Shown here: piece after piece, positions 26,659-35,275 of the stretch
Layout of the letters: every line of letters starts with the position of its first letter
Position numbering within the stretch: the stretch's first letter is position 1
Source of the DNA: a bacterium
GTDB lineage: Bacteria; Patescibacteriota; Minisyncoccia; Phycocordibacterales; UBA9973
NCBI GenBank assembly: GCA_037143195.1
Contig: JBAWZD010000002.1
Coordinates: 3,206 to 67,205, forward strand
Direction of reading: 5' to 3'
Length of the DNA stretch: 64,000 nucleotides
The notes under the pieces: generated by a model
Seen by the model: the letters and a program-made list of their open reading frames with translations, nothing else
What the model was told of the DNA's origin: nothing
The model's database searches: none
Program-made: the position numbers and the translations under genes

Positions 26659-28539
26659 TTAACAACCCCACCCTTCCGATGTGAGTTTGTTGTAGTTGTT
26701 GAGGACGGTGTCTACGTATCGCTTTGTTTGACGGTAGCTCCCTGGGCGCGGTGTCCAGTTTACATAACACTCCCACAGCGTCGTTCCGGGGCAACTTGCG
26801 CTCGCTTTGTTTGCTTTTGGGCCACCGTTGTATGCCGCGGCGAGGTTTTTGAGAGAAGAAGCATCACAAATATTGCTTGCCGGTGCGTTATTGCAGGCCG
26901 TTGTTTTGAGAGTTTCAACATATTTTGCTGCTGCGTCTGCTGCCACGGACGGGTTTGACCATTGTGATTGATCAGTATATCCGAGTCCTCTCCATGTTGC
27001 TGGCATCATTTGCATTAATCCGTATGCCCCTACCGAGCTTGTTGCGGTAGGATTTCCATTCGATTCTCGATACATGATTGCTTTGAGGAATGTGCACGAA
27101 ACATTGTGTTTCGTTGCTGCTGCCGCGAGCACACTATTGTAATCAGTATTGTTTGACTTCACGTCCGTCGTTCCGGTTGGAGCGGATCCGCTTCCTGCCG
27201 TTTCTGGTGGCAGCGGCTGTCCAATATCTGCTGTCGGAGTGTAGTCATCATCCATTTTTATCACCGCCTGCGGAGCCGAAACAGTAATATTCACCAAGTT
27301 AGGGTTAATGGTATTGAGTATGAGATATGAAGAGAGTGCAAGCACTACTCCCCCAAGAGCACCAATGATACGAGTCTTTGCCCCCTCCTTCTCTCCAACT
27401 TGTACACTCGACATATATTCAATACCACCAACGACAACCATGAAGACAGCAAATACCATGATGAGACCCATGATGAGCTTAATCATTCCTTTGAGGTAAT
27501 CACCAACACCAGTAGAGACATTTAGCTTCCCTGTTGGATCAATCTTACCCTGAGCATCCACAATGGGAAGTGGTGCAAGCATACAGTAGGTGTTGTTCTG
27601 TCCGTCTGTGGAACAACCGTAGGCGTTTGGGCCGAAGCCGGCGGGGGTTGTGCTGGCAGCCACATCACTTGGGATGAGGAGGTCTTTATAGGAAGTAAAA
27701 AAAATATAATCGTTTGTGTTTCCTGGTCCGTATTCAAGAGCAAAAATATATGATCCATTTGGTTTCAGGCCCGTGAGTGACACTTTGAAAGACTGAGGGT
27801 TGTTGGTTGAATCAAGGCCGGCCTGGTCAGGTATCTTGCTTTGCCAATTGACAATTTTTGCGTATGTTCCTGCTTGTGATGTTGTTTTTTCTACTTCCGA
27901 ATAAAAAAACTTAAGATCATTCCACTGACCCTCTTTTTTTAATTCGTCGAGAGCCGCCTGGTTAAAATCTCCTGAAATGGTCGCTCCTTCTGTTGTTGGT
28001 GTAACTACGAGGTTTGTAATATCTGGACCAGATTTTCCATAGGGAACATCCATAACGTTAAAGTACTCAATGTTTGTGAGTGGCCAGCTGTCCCTTGTAA
28101 GAGGTTGTTGAATGAATATCTCATCAGCGAATGTTCCATAATTACCAATTTTGAGTGTAGTGCATGTGAAGTTCGGGTCGTCTTTAGCGGAGGTGTCATG
28201 CGTGCACTCTTTTCGATATACGAAAACCCCGTTGATGATTCCAAGAGCATGTGTTGTCAAGTAATCTTGATTGATTGACGGATCAGTAACTTGCGTGTAT
28301 GCAAGTTCAACTTGCACCCCTACTGAATGGTACAGGGTAAGTGCTTCAGGGTTTAATTTAACGTGAATTGTTCGAACGAGTTCTCCGTTTGTGCGAGAAA
28401 AATCGGTGCCTTCGATCGAAGCAGCTTCTTTCCCCGTTGCGAAGTCCGCATACGCTGGCTTCGTTGGTGCGAGGAAAGCAATAAGAAAGGCAATCGCTAA
28501 AAGTGCTAGTTGGGAGAAAACTTTTTTCGTGAATCGCAT
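26659..28539 (-). CDS. secreted multidomain protein: conserved N-domain + pilin-like TM hairpin + C-terminal lytic transglycosylase (SLT, VirB1-like) domain
   Basis: The same N-domain and the identical TM segment as 23767..25611 are present. The C-terminus has the SLT motif LKAIMYRESNGNPTATSSVGAYGLMQMMPATW. Confidence 0.7.
   Translation of the reverse strand: MRFTKKVFSQLALLAIAFLIAFLAPTKPAYADFATGKEAASIEGTDFSRTNGELVRTIHVKLNPEALTLYHSVGVQVELAYTQVTDPSINQDYLTTHALGIINGVFVYRKECTHDTSAKDDPNFTCTTLKIGNYGTFADEIFIQQPLTRDSWPLTNIEYFNVMDVPYGKSGPDITNLVVTPTTEGATISGDFNQAALDELKKEGQWNDLKFFYSEVEKTTSQAGTYAKIVNWQSKIPDQAGLDSTNNPQSFKVSLTGLKPNGSYIFALEYGPGNTNDYIFFTSYKDLLIPSDVAASTTPAGFGPNAYGCSTDGQNNTYCMLAPLPIVDAQGKIDPTGKLNVSTGVGDYLKGMIKLIMGLIMVFAVFMVVVGGIEYMSSVQVGEKEGAKTRIIGALGGVVLALSSYLILNTINPNLVNITVSAPQAVIKMDDDYTPTADIGQPLPPETAGSGSAPTGTTDVKSNNTDYNSVLAAAATKHNVSCTFLKAIMYRESNGNPTATSSVGAYGLMQMMPATWRGLGYTDQSQWSNPSVAADAAAKYVETLKTTACNNAPASNICDASSLKNLAAAYNGGPKANKASASCPGTTLWECYVNWTPRPGSYRQTKRYVDTVLNNYNKLTSEGWGC
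27266..27644. repeat. 379-bp direct repeat copy 2 (identical to 24365..24743)
   Basis: See copy 1. The sequence from gcctgcggagccgaaacagtaatattcaccaagttagg to gccgaagccggcgg is identical in both copies. Confidence 0.8.
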
Positions 28540-28552
28540 GTACTAAATAGTA

Positions 28553-30397
28553 CTACCCTTTTACTGCTTGGGCTAGGTCTGAACGTGATTTTTGAAGTGC
28601 GAGAATTTGTGAAGGGTCACTCGTAATGAGCTGGTCTTCTGTGTACGAGGCAATAATTTTGATGGCAACGTGCTTAAGGCCTGCGAAGAATATGCCCTCT
28701 CCTTTGTTACATTCAAGCAAAAGATATTTTTCTTCATCGGTGAGGTTGAATGTTTTTTGGAGTGTATCAACAGTTGACGGTGACTGCTTGAGGAGGAGTT
28801 GCAGTGAGGAGTTTGTAACAATCGGCACTCCGTAGGGGCTCTTCATAAAGTCGCCCACGTCTTGAGTGATTGTTGCAAGACCAAGGAAGTATTTACGTCC
28901 ACGTTTTGCAATCGAGAAAAGGAACGAAGCAGTATCTTCGGACTTCATCATCCACCACGCCTCATCCACGACAAGCAGGCGTTTCTTGATGTTTTTGCGA
29001 ACCTCGTTCCAGATGAAGTGCGTCACGATGTACATTGCTGCTGGCTTGAGATCGTCTTCCATGTCTCGCACTGAAAAGACAACGAATTTCTTGTTGATGT
29101 CGACGTTTGATGGCTGGTTGATGAATCCTGCCCATGAACCGTGCGTATATTTTGAAAGGCGTGAGACAAGTGACTCTGTTCCTTCCATTCCGGTGAGCAC
29201 CATTTCAAAGTCAGAGAGGAGTGGTGGCTCGACTTGTGAAAAATCAGATTCAGGTGTGATGTCTTTGATAGCGTACGTTTCCATGATTGCACGGTCGATA
29301 ACAGAATCTTCTTCTGGGGTGAGTCCTCCAAGCATGATACGGAAGAGTCCAACGAGATTGATGACGTTTCCGCGGAGAATATCGTTTGCAGTCTCCCCTT
29401 CGCCTGGGAGTGGAAGATCAAACGGGTTGATGTGTGAGCCAGAGTTGAGGGAGATATTGAAATAGCGTCCACCGAGTGCTTCAGCGAGGCGTTCATATTC
29501 ACGTTCTGGATCGATAACGATGACTTCGGTATCAAACATGAGTGTTCGGATGATCTCGAGTTTTGTCGCGTATGATTTTCCGGCTCCAGATGTCGCGAAA
29601 ATGATTGAGTTGTAGTTGTCGAGACTGAAGCGGTCGAAAATAATGAGTGAAGAATTGTGGCGGTTCACTCCATAGAGGATTCCTTTGTCTGCTGTCAGGT
29701 CAAATGAGACGAATGGAAAAAAGCTCGAAAGAGGTTCCGAGTTGAGCTTTTGGTATATCTGAAGGTGGTCGTCCTCGAGCGGAAGGACACTCTTAAAGCC
29801 GTCGTCTTGCTGGAAAAGTGCGGGCTTAAAATAAATCAGCTTTGATTCGAGCATCGACTTGATTTCGTTCTCTACCTTGTAGAGTTCAGTGTCGTTGTCT
29901 GCGTATATTGTTAGATAGAGACCAACATCAAACATTTTTTCCTGTGCTTGAGTAAGGCGGTCACGCAAGTCCTCAAGGTTGCGGTTGGCCATATCGAGCT
30001 GTGGGTCACGGACAAGACCTCTCGCCTCTCGAGTCATGATCTGACTTTGTACTTCAGCAACTTTCTTTTGGAAGTCTCGAAGAATCTGCGCGGTGTCTGC
30101 TGGGTGAATCGTAATCGAAATATCAAAAACTTTGTCGAGGTTGATGACTGGAGAGAGCCAATTGTCTGTAAGCGTGGAAGGATATGAAATGACGAAATAG
30201 GTTCGAGCTGTCTTGTCTCCAAGATTGATTGCTTTCGGTTCAATCTTAAGCGCCGAGGGAGCAATGATATCTTTGAGTTCAAGAGACGCCGCTTCGTAGA
30301 TTTCTTCAGGAAGTACCGGCATAGCATTCGCTTGGATTTTTCCATCACGAGCTGTGTCAGTAGTATTCTTTTTTTTGAAAAGGCCAAAGAAATCCAT
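28553..30397 (-). CDS. virB4: type IV secretion/conjugation ATPase VirB4 (TrbE/CagE family), ATPase portion
   Basis: Walker A is IIFATSGAGKSYATKLEII. Walker B is LLVVDEAWWMM (the VirB4-typical DEAW). GLATITQDVGDF is also present. The ATG is at 30397 (MDFFGLFKKK). Confidence 0.85.
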   Translation of the reverse strand: MDFFGLFKKKNTTDTARDGKIQANAMPVLPEEIYEAASLELKDIIAPSALKIEPKAINLGDKTARTYFVISYPSTLTDNWLSPVINLDKVFDISITIHPADTAQILRDFQKKVAEVQSQIMTREARGLVRDPQLDMANRNLEDLRDRLTQAQEKMFDVGLYLTIYADNDTELYKVENEIKSMLESKLIYFKPALFQQDDGFKSVLPLEDDHLQIYQKLNSEPLSSFFPFVSFDLTADKGILYGVNRHNSSLIIFDRFSLDNYNSIIFATSGAGKSYATKLEIIRTLMFDTEVIVIDPEREYERLAEALGGRYFNISLNSGSHINPFDLPLPGEGETANDILRGNVINLVGLFRIMLGGLTPEEDSVIDRAIMETYAIKDITPESDFSQVEPPLLSDFEMVLTGMEGTESLVSRLSKYTHGSWAGFINQPSNVDINKKFVVFSVRDMEDDLKPAAMYIVTHFIWNEVRKNIKKRLLVVDEAWWMMKSEDTASFLFSIAKRGRKYFLGLATITQDVGDFMKSPYGVPIVTNSSLQLLLKQSPSTVDTLQKTFNLTDEEKYLLLECNKGEGIFFAGLKHVAIKIIASYTEDQLITSDPSQILALQKSRSDLAQAVKG

Positions 30398-30401
30398 ATG
30401 A

Positions 30402-31067
30402 TTATTGTTGTACTGTGTCCCCCATTCCAAGTTTGATAGCCGGTTGTATATCTCCTGGATTAAATGTCTTATAAAAAAGTTCAATTACCGCTTCTGTCTC
30501 AAGTCTCTCTGTTCTTGCACCACACGATTCAAGACCACCAGAAATAACATTTACACGTTCGTCGAGCTGAGATCGCTTCTCCTCGAAGTTGATGTCTTCT
30601 GTTTTTTGCTTCGACGAACCCTCTGATTTCTTGTTTCCAAGGAGGCCTCCAAGAAAACCGCTACTTGTGGAAAGTGTTGCTTCGTCGTACGGGACGATAA
30701 CATAGAAATATTTTCGCATGATTGCAACCTGCTCGGTAAATTCGCGAATGAAACTAATATACCCTGCAGTTTGTAGCTTCAGTAGTGGCTCACGTTGATC
30801 TTTCATTTTTGAATCGAGGGTGAGGAGGTAAGGACGAATGTCGAGCCTGCGTGACTGCACGACAATTTGGATTGGAAAATCAAGTGAGTTCAAAAATGAT
30901 TGAAATTGATTGATTGTTGCGATTTGTTCCTGAGCTGATTTCAGGGAAAGGTTGACTGACGAGACTGCAACAATCGCTCGTAAGCCACCGTCTTTTAAAA
31001 CGATGACCCCTTCTCGCACCTGTTTAATCGGTACGAATTCTTGCGTTGCTTTTGCAGAGATTGCCAC
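30402..31067 (-). CDS. VirB4 N-terminal-domain-like protein (separate ORF, different frame, 4 nt upstream of virB4)
   Basis: VPIKQVREGVIVLKDGGLRAIVAVSSVNLSLKSAQEQIATINQFQSFLNSL matches the N-terminal pattern of conjugative VirB4/TraE ATPases (..v.tkDGsl..iiel.g.n..lks.eE.e.l...f..fl..l). The ORF has a GTG start. The combined length with 28553..30397 approximates a full-length VirB4. Confidence 0.45.
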   Translation of the reverse strand: MAISAKATQEFVPIKQVREGVIVLKDGGLRAIVAVSSVNLSLKSAQEQIATINQFQSFLNSLDFPIQIVVQSRRLDIRPYLLTLDSKMKDQREPLLKLQTAGYISFIREFTEQVAIMRKYFYVIVPYDEATLSTSSGFLGGLLGNKKSEGSSKQKTEDINFEEKRSQLDERVNVISGGLESCGARTERLETEAVIELFYKTFNPGDIQPAIKLGMGDTVQQ

Positions 31068-31109
31068 GAAATCATTATATCACCACTACTAGAAAACAAA
31101 GAACGCTTT

Positions 31110-31517
31110 TTATTTTGAATCAAGAACATCGAGGCCCCACGCAATATCATGAATTTTTGATTCTGAGATTTTTGGGAGGTATTGCTCACGGGCGGCGTGC
31201 ACCTCGTCTTGCTTGAGAGGTTCGTTTTTTTTCTGGGTGTTTTCATGCTTCCAAACATACAGTTTGTCATTGAGCGCGTACGTAAACGCTGATTCAACAA
31301 TATTGATAAATGGTTTTTCGTTTATTTTTACAAAAGCCAAAGCAATGGCAATCGCAACAAACGGAAGCGCTGCCAAAATACCAAAAAAACCCGGAACGAG
31401 TTTGTATGCAAGGAAAGCGAGCCCTCCGCCCCCAACAAGATAAATAAACTGACGAAATGTCAGTGGTCCAAATATTTTGTCTTCAACGTCGATGAATTGG
31501 GGAACGTTATATTTCAT
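31110..31517 (-). CDS. PrgI/VirB3-like small membrane protein
   Basis: The protein is 135 aa. LTFRQFIYLVGGGGLAFLAYKLVPGFFGILAALPFVAIAIALAF gives two TM helices, and the LT.RQ..gGG motif is typical of the PrgI family. It lies immediately upstream of the VirB4 ORFs. Confidence 0.5.
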   Translation of the reverse strand: MKYNVPQFIDVEDKIFGPLTFRQFIYLVGGGGLAFLAYKLVPGFFGILAALPFVAIAIALAFVKINEKPFINIVESAFTYALNDKLYVWKHENTQKKNEPLKQDEVHAAREQYLPKISESKIHDIAWGLDVLDSK

Positions 31518-31538
31518 GGGTATAGTATACCGCAGTGA

Positions 31539-32408
31539 TTAATTGAGAGGTTCTCGATACGGATCGGCGCTTGGCTTTGTGACGGGCATGGTCGCTGAAC
31601 TGTTTGGGGCGATTGGTTTAATGATTGAATAGTCTGTTACTTTTGAGGCGCTCATTGTAGGAGCCACAGCTGAAACGATTTTTGGGACAGCAGCTTCGGG
31701 GGCTTTTGCAGGTGGAATGTACGGAGTCTGTGCTATCGGAGCAGGAGGGGTTTGTTTTACTACTGTTGGTGTGTCGTGAATAACCACCCCTGTGCTCTCG
31801 AGAACAGTCTTTTCAGTTGCGGTGAGTCCTTGTTGTATTGGGGCAGCACTCGGAGGGGTAACTCGAATAGGAGCAGACACTACCACTGGCGTTGGTGCTG
31901 GTTGAGGTGGTACTGCCTGAGAAGGAGTAACTGGCGTTTGTTCGGGTACGGACACGCTATCCTTGATGTAATCAAGCGCCTCTTTTTTGTTGGTATAGAG
32001 TGATTCGATTGACGATCTGATTGGATTAAAAATCTGAGTGTTGATTTCTCGGACAATTACATCAATCTCCCCGTCATTTTTTTTGAGCTGGATTTGAACT
32101 TCATCACGAAAGTCTGCAGGCTTTGTCATCCCAAGAAGCACCATCATTGTTTCAAGTTCAATGATTCCAAGTTCGTCGTAGGTCAATTTGAGATCTTTGG
32201 CAATTGTAAAAAGTTTCATTGGATACGCATCATCCATGATCACTTTTTTTATTTCTTCGGGAAGAAGTTCATATCGAGATGCAATTTCTTTTTTTACATC
32301 GTCGAACGGGTCAGTTTCTCCGTCGCTTGGAGCTGTTTTTGCGTCCGTCATAGCCCCTGAAGTACTCGAGGAAACAACGGGAATTTTTTTCATCAAATCG
32401 TCTGCCAT
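31539..32408 (-). CDS. hypothetical protein with Pro-rich C-terminal half
   Basis: The protein is 289 aa. The C-terminal half is Pro-rich, e.g. TPVTPSQAVPPQPAPTPVVVSAPIRVTPPSAAPIQQ. No recognized domain. It lies within the T4SS-like cluster. Confidence 0.4.
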   Translation of the reverse strand: MADDLMKKIPVVSSSTSGAMTDAKTAPSDGETDPFDDVKKEIASRYELLPEEIKKVIMDDAYPMKLFTIAKDLKLTYDELGIIELETMMVLLGMTKPADFRDEVQIQLKKNDGEIDVIVREINTQIFNPIRSSIESLYTNKKEALDYIKDSVSVPEQTPVTPSQAVPPQPAPTPVVVSAPIRVTPPSAAPIQQGLTATEKTVLESTGVVIHDTPTVVKQTPPAPIAQTPYIPPAKAPEAAVPKIVSAVAPTMSASKVTDYSIIKPIAPNSSATMPVTKPSADPYREPLN

Positions 32409-32450
32409 ATAGATATAGTATAGTACGGCACGAACAAGAACGCTACTTTT

Positions 32451-35270
32451 TTAGTGGTGATCACCTGCGTGTCCACCTCCATGTCCTCCACCGTGAGCAT
32501 CGTGTCCACCTCCATGTCCTCCACCATCGCCACCACTGAGACTCTTGAGGAAATCAAGGATTCCTTTGCCTGGTGATTTGTACTTCGTATGAAATGTATG
32601 TATTTGATGGCTGAGGTCTGCAGCCACATTGATGGCTCGGCCTTCCATGCGTGCCTCAGTAAATCGTGCTGAAAACATAGGCTCTTGTTTTTGGGTTACA
32701 GGCAAGATCTTTGTGGCGTTGATGAAAACATCACGGAGTCGTTCGGTCATTCCGCCGCTAATGGCGTCAGCGATTCCCTCTCCGATACCTTTCACGACGT
32801 TGTTTTTGATATTCCTGACGAAGTTACCACCGAAAGCGCCTTTTACATCGTTGCGCCATGAACGAAGTGCGTCAGCGTTTTGCTTGCCTTGAACATTGTT
32901 GAAATCAAGGTGCCCCATTTGCGAGAGCTGACCATAATTGTCGTATGTTTGGCCATGTACCATGTATGGAGATTGGACCATTTGTTGGTGCATGAATGAC
33001 TTCGCGCGGTCTGTCTTTGCGCGCTCGAGAGCCTTTTTGAGATCGGTAAGACTCTGACTTTCTGTTCTAATTGCAGCACTTCGCACGTCCATCTCAGAGA
33101 CAGGGTCTCCGTTTGCTTTTTTCCTCTTTCCGACATCGTTACTCGTCCAAGTATTTTTACTTGTTCCAATATCGTTCTTTGTAACAGGCTTACCATTGCT
33201 CTTTAGTTTAGGAGGTTTGCCTGTGCTTGGATCACCTTCATCTCCTGGTTGCCAAGTGCCTTCGGAATCATCCCCCATGTTGTTGTCTTTTAATTTCTTT
33301 TCGAGCCTTAAAACATCAGCTCTCGCTTTTTTCCAAGCTGCCGATTTTTTGTCCGCTATTCCATTCGCGATACTGTTTGCCACTCGTAACTCGGCATTGA
33401 TTGCTTCAGCATTTTTGTCTCGAGCGGCGATGGTATTTTCAAGTTCAGTTATCTGTCCATGGTCAGCTTCAAGACTGTCGGTAAACGCGCGGAGTTTCGC
33501 TGCTTTGCGGGCGACGGCACCGTTGTATCCCCCAGCGGTATTTGCCGTCGAGAGACTACCAAAACTCTCCATGTTCATGCCAGTTGCACTCGAAAACGCA
33601 TTCCCAATGCCAGATTGACGGAAGTCGTACGAACTCGATGCGCTTTTCTGCCAGCGAGCGAGTTTGCGAGCCGACTCACGTTGGAGAGACTGAAATTCCG
33701 CGCTTTCTGCCAGCTCGGCGTAATCTAATTTTTCGAGATTCTTATATTCCGCAGAACCGGGCTTGTACTTGCTCAAAAGCACCTCTCGAGTTTTTGAATT
33801 GACGCGTCCAGCTGCGAGGTCGCGAGCTTCTTCCGTATCTCGGCTTTTGGCGTATGCGCCGAGCGTGCGACTGAGCAAGCCCGCACCCATTCCTGAGATA
33901 GCTCCGAGTGCTGTTCCTCCGAGCATTGCTGCACCTTTGAATACCATTGAGCCTATTTCTCCGGAAGCTTTCTTCACATAGGTCGTTGCTTTCAAAAGCA
34001 TCACGATGAAGAACATGAATGAGAGGAACATGATCGCAAGTGTTGCAAACGTCGCGCGATCGGAGGCTGTTGCCATGAGCGTTGAGGCTGCGAAGGAACT
34101 TCGGGTCATCAAGGCGATGAGATACAGGAAAAAGAAATAGATTGGTCCAGAGAACGCGAGTGTAAAGAGTGATTTCCACCAATCACTCCAGCCAAACCCT
34201 TCAATGTGCTGAGCTGACGGCATGATATATGATACGAATGCGAACGGCGCAAAAATAATCGCAATCCAGAGCCCGATGAGTCTTCCAAGGAAGGAGATTG
34301 CCGCAATAAAGAACGAATATGCTACAACGCAAAACATCGCTCCTGCGAGTATGAGAATACTGATGAGTACAGAATCAGGAACTTGGTTTTCTGAACCGGT
34401 CGTCGTGATGAAATATCCAAGTATTCCACCAACCGTACAGCCGATTGCGTTCCCGATGACAGGGACCACTGTTCCAGCGATGGCTCCCGTTATACAACCT
34501 GCCATCACGTGAGTGTTGTTACTCCTTGTGGGTTTTTCGAGGTTCTTCCAGAAATCCTCGTCGTTGAGCTGTTGTGGCTGGAATGCGGTTACAAGTGCGG
34601 CACTAATATCTTTTGGTGGGACTACGCCTGTTGGAATGTTGGCGGCATTTGGTGTTATCGGGCCATTCTTGTTCGTGATGGTGATTTGGTTATAGAAAAC
34701 AAGCGCGAGCGCATTCGACGTGTCGATCACCGCTTCCGTAATGAAGAAACTGAAGTTGACAATGAGCGCGATGAAGATGACAGAGGCGATCATCTTTTTT
34801 GGGTTTGCATGTCCGATTTCTATGTCGAGCACGAGAGAGAGCGCTGCCAAGAGCAACACAAGAATAAAGAAAATATTTCCGAAGTCTCGAGTAACTCTCC
34901 AGCCGTCGGCAATGAATGAAGATGAACTGTAGAGCGAACTCGAAAGCGTCAGTGAGGCAAGTGAGTCGAACGCCATCGCCGAAAACATCATCAGCCATCC
35001 ACCAACTTTGAATGGAATGAAATAGAGTACCCACTCGAGACACCCAGCAAGAGAACTATTGTCGCCGGAGGCGCCCACCCCACACTTGAAGTTTGAGGTG
35101 ATATCATATTCGTTTTTGACTGAAGGCGCTGCGCCTGCCGGCGTGTTTTGAGCGAACGCCGTTTGGGTGCTAACAGCGACTGTTCTATCTGCAGAAAGTG
35201 AAAGTGTTACCGGCAGAAAAATACCTGCACAGACGGCAACAGTAAGTATGGCGAGTACGATACGCTTCAT
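32451..35270 (-). CDS. VirB6/TrbL-like polytopic membrane protein with coiled-coil region and His/Gly-rich C-terminal tail
   Basis: A signal peptide is followed by at least 8 hydrophobic helices (residues ~70-480). The coiled-coil region includes HGQITELENTIAARDKNAEAINAELRVANS. The tail is GGDGGGHGGGHDAHGGGHGGGHAGDHH, encoded by a 24-bp tandem repeat at about 32455-32530. Confidence 0.45.
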   Translation of the reverse strand: MKRIVLAILTVAVCAGIFLPVTLSLSADRTVAVSTQTAFAQNTPAGAAPSVKNEYDITSNFKCGVGASGDNSSLAGCLEWVLYFIPFKVGGWLMMFSAMAFDSLASLTLSSSLYSSSSFIADGWRVTRDFGNIFFILVLLLAALSLVLDIEIGHANPKKMIASVIFIALIVNFSFFITEAVIDTSNALALVFYNQITITNKNGPITPNAANIPTGVVPPKDISAALVTAFQPQQLNDEDFWKNLEKPTRSNNTHVMAGCITGAIAGTVVPVIGNAIGCTVGGILGYFITTTGSENQVPDSVLISILILAGAMFCVVAYSFFIAAISFLGRLIGLWIAIIFAPFAFVSYIMPSAQHIEGFGWSDWWKSLFTLAFSGPIYFFFLYLIALMTRSSFAASTLMATASDRATFATLAIMFLSFMFFIVMLLKATTYVKKASGEIGSMVFKGAAMLGGTALGAISGMGAGLLSRTLGAYAKSRDTEEARDLAAGRVNSKTREVLLSKYKPGSAEYKNLEKLDYAELAESAEFQSLQRESARKLARWQKSASSSYDFRQSGIGNAFSSATGMNMESFGSLSTANTAGGYNGAVARKAAKLRAFTDSLEADHGQITELENTIAARDKNAEAINAELRVANSIANGIADKKSAAWKKARADVLRLEKKLKDNNMGDDSEGTWQPGDEGDPSTGKPPKLKSNGKPVTKNDIGTSKNTWTSNDVGKRKKANGDPVSEMDVRSAAIRTESQSLTDLKKALERAKTDRAKSFMHQQMVQSPYMVHGQTYDNYGQLSQMGHLDFNNVQGKQNADALRSWRNDVKGAFGGNFVRNIKNNVVKGIGEGIADAISGGMTERLRDVFINATKILPVTQKQEPMFSARFTEARMEGRAINVAADLSHQIHTFHTKYKSPGKGILDFLKSLSGGDGGGHGGGHDAHGGGHGGGHAGDHH

Positions 35271-35275
35271 ACCTA

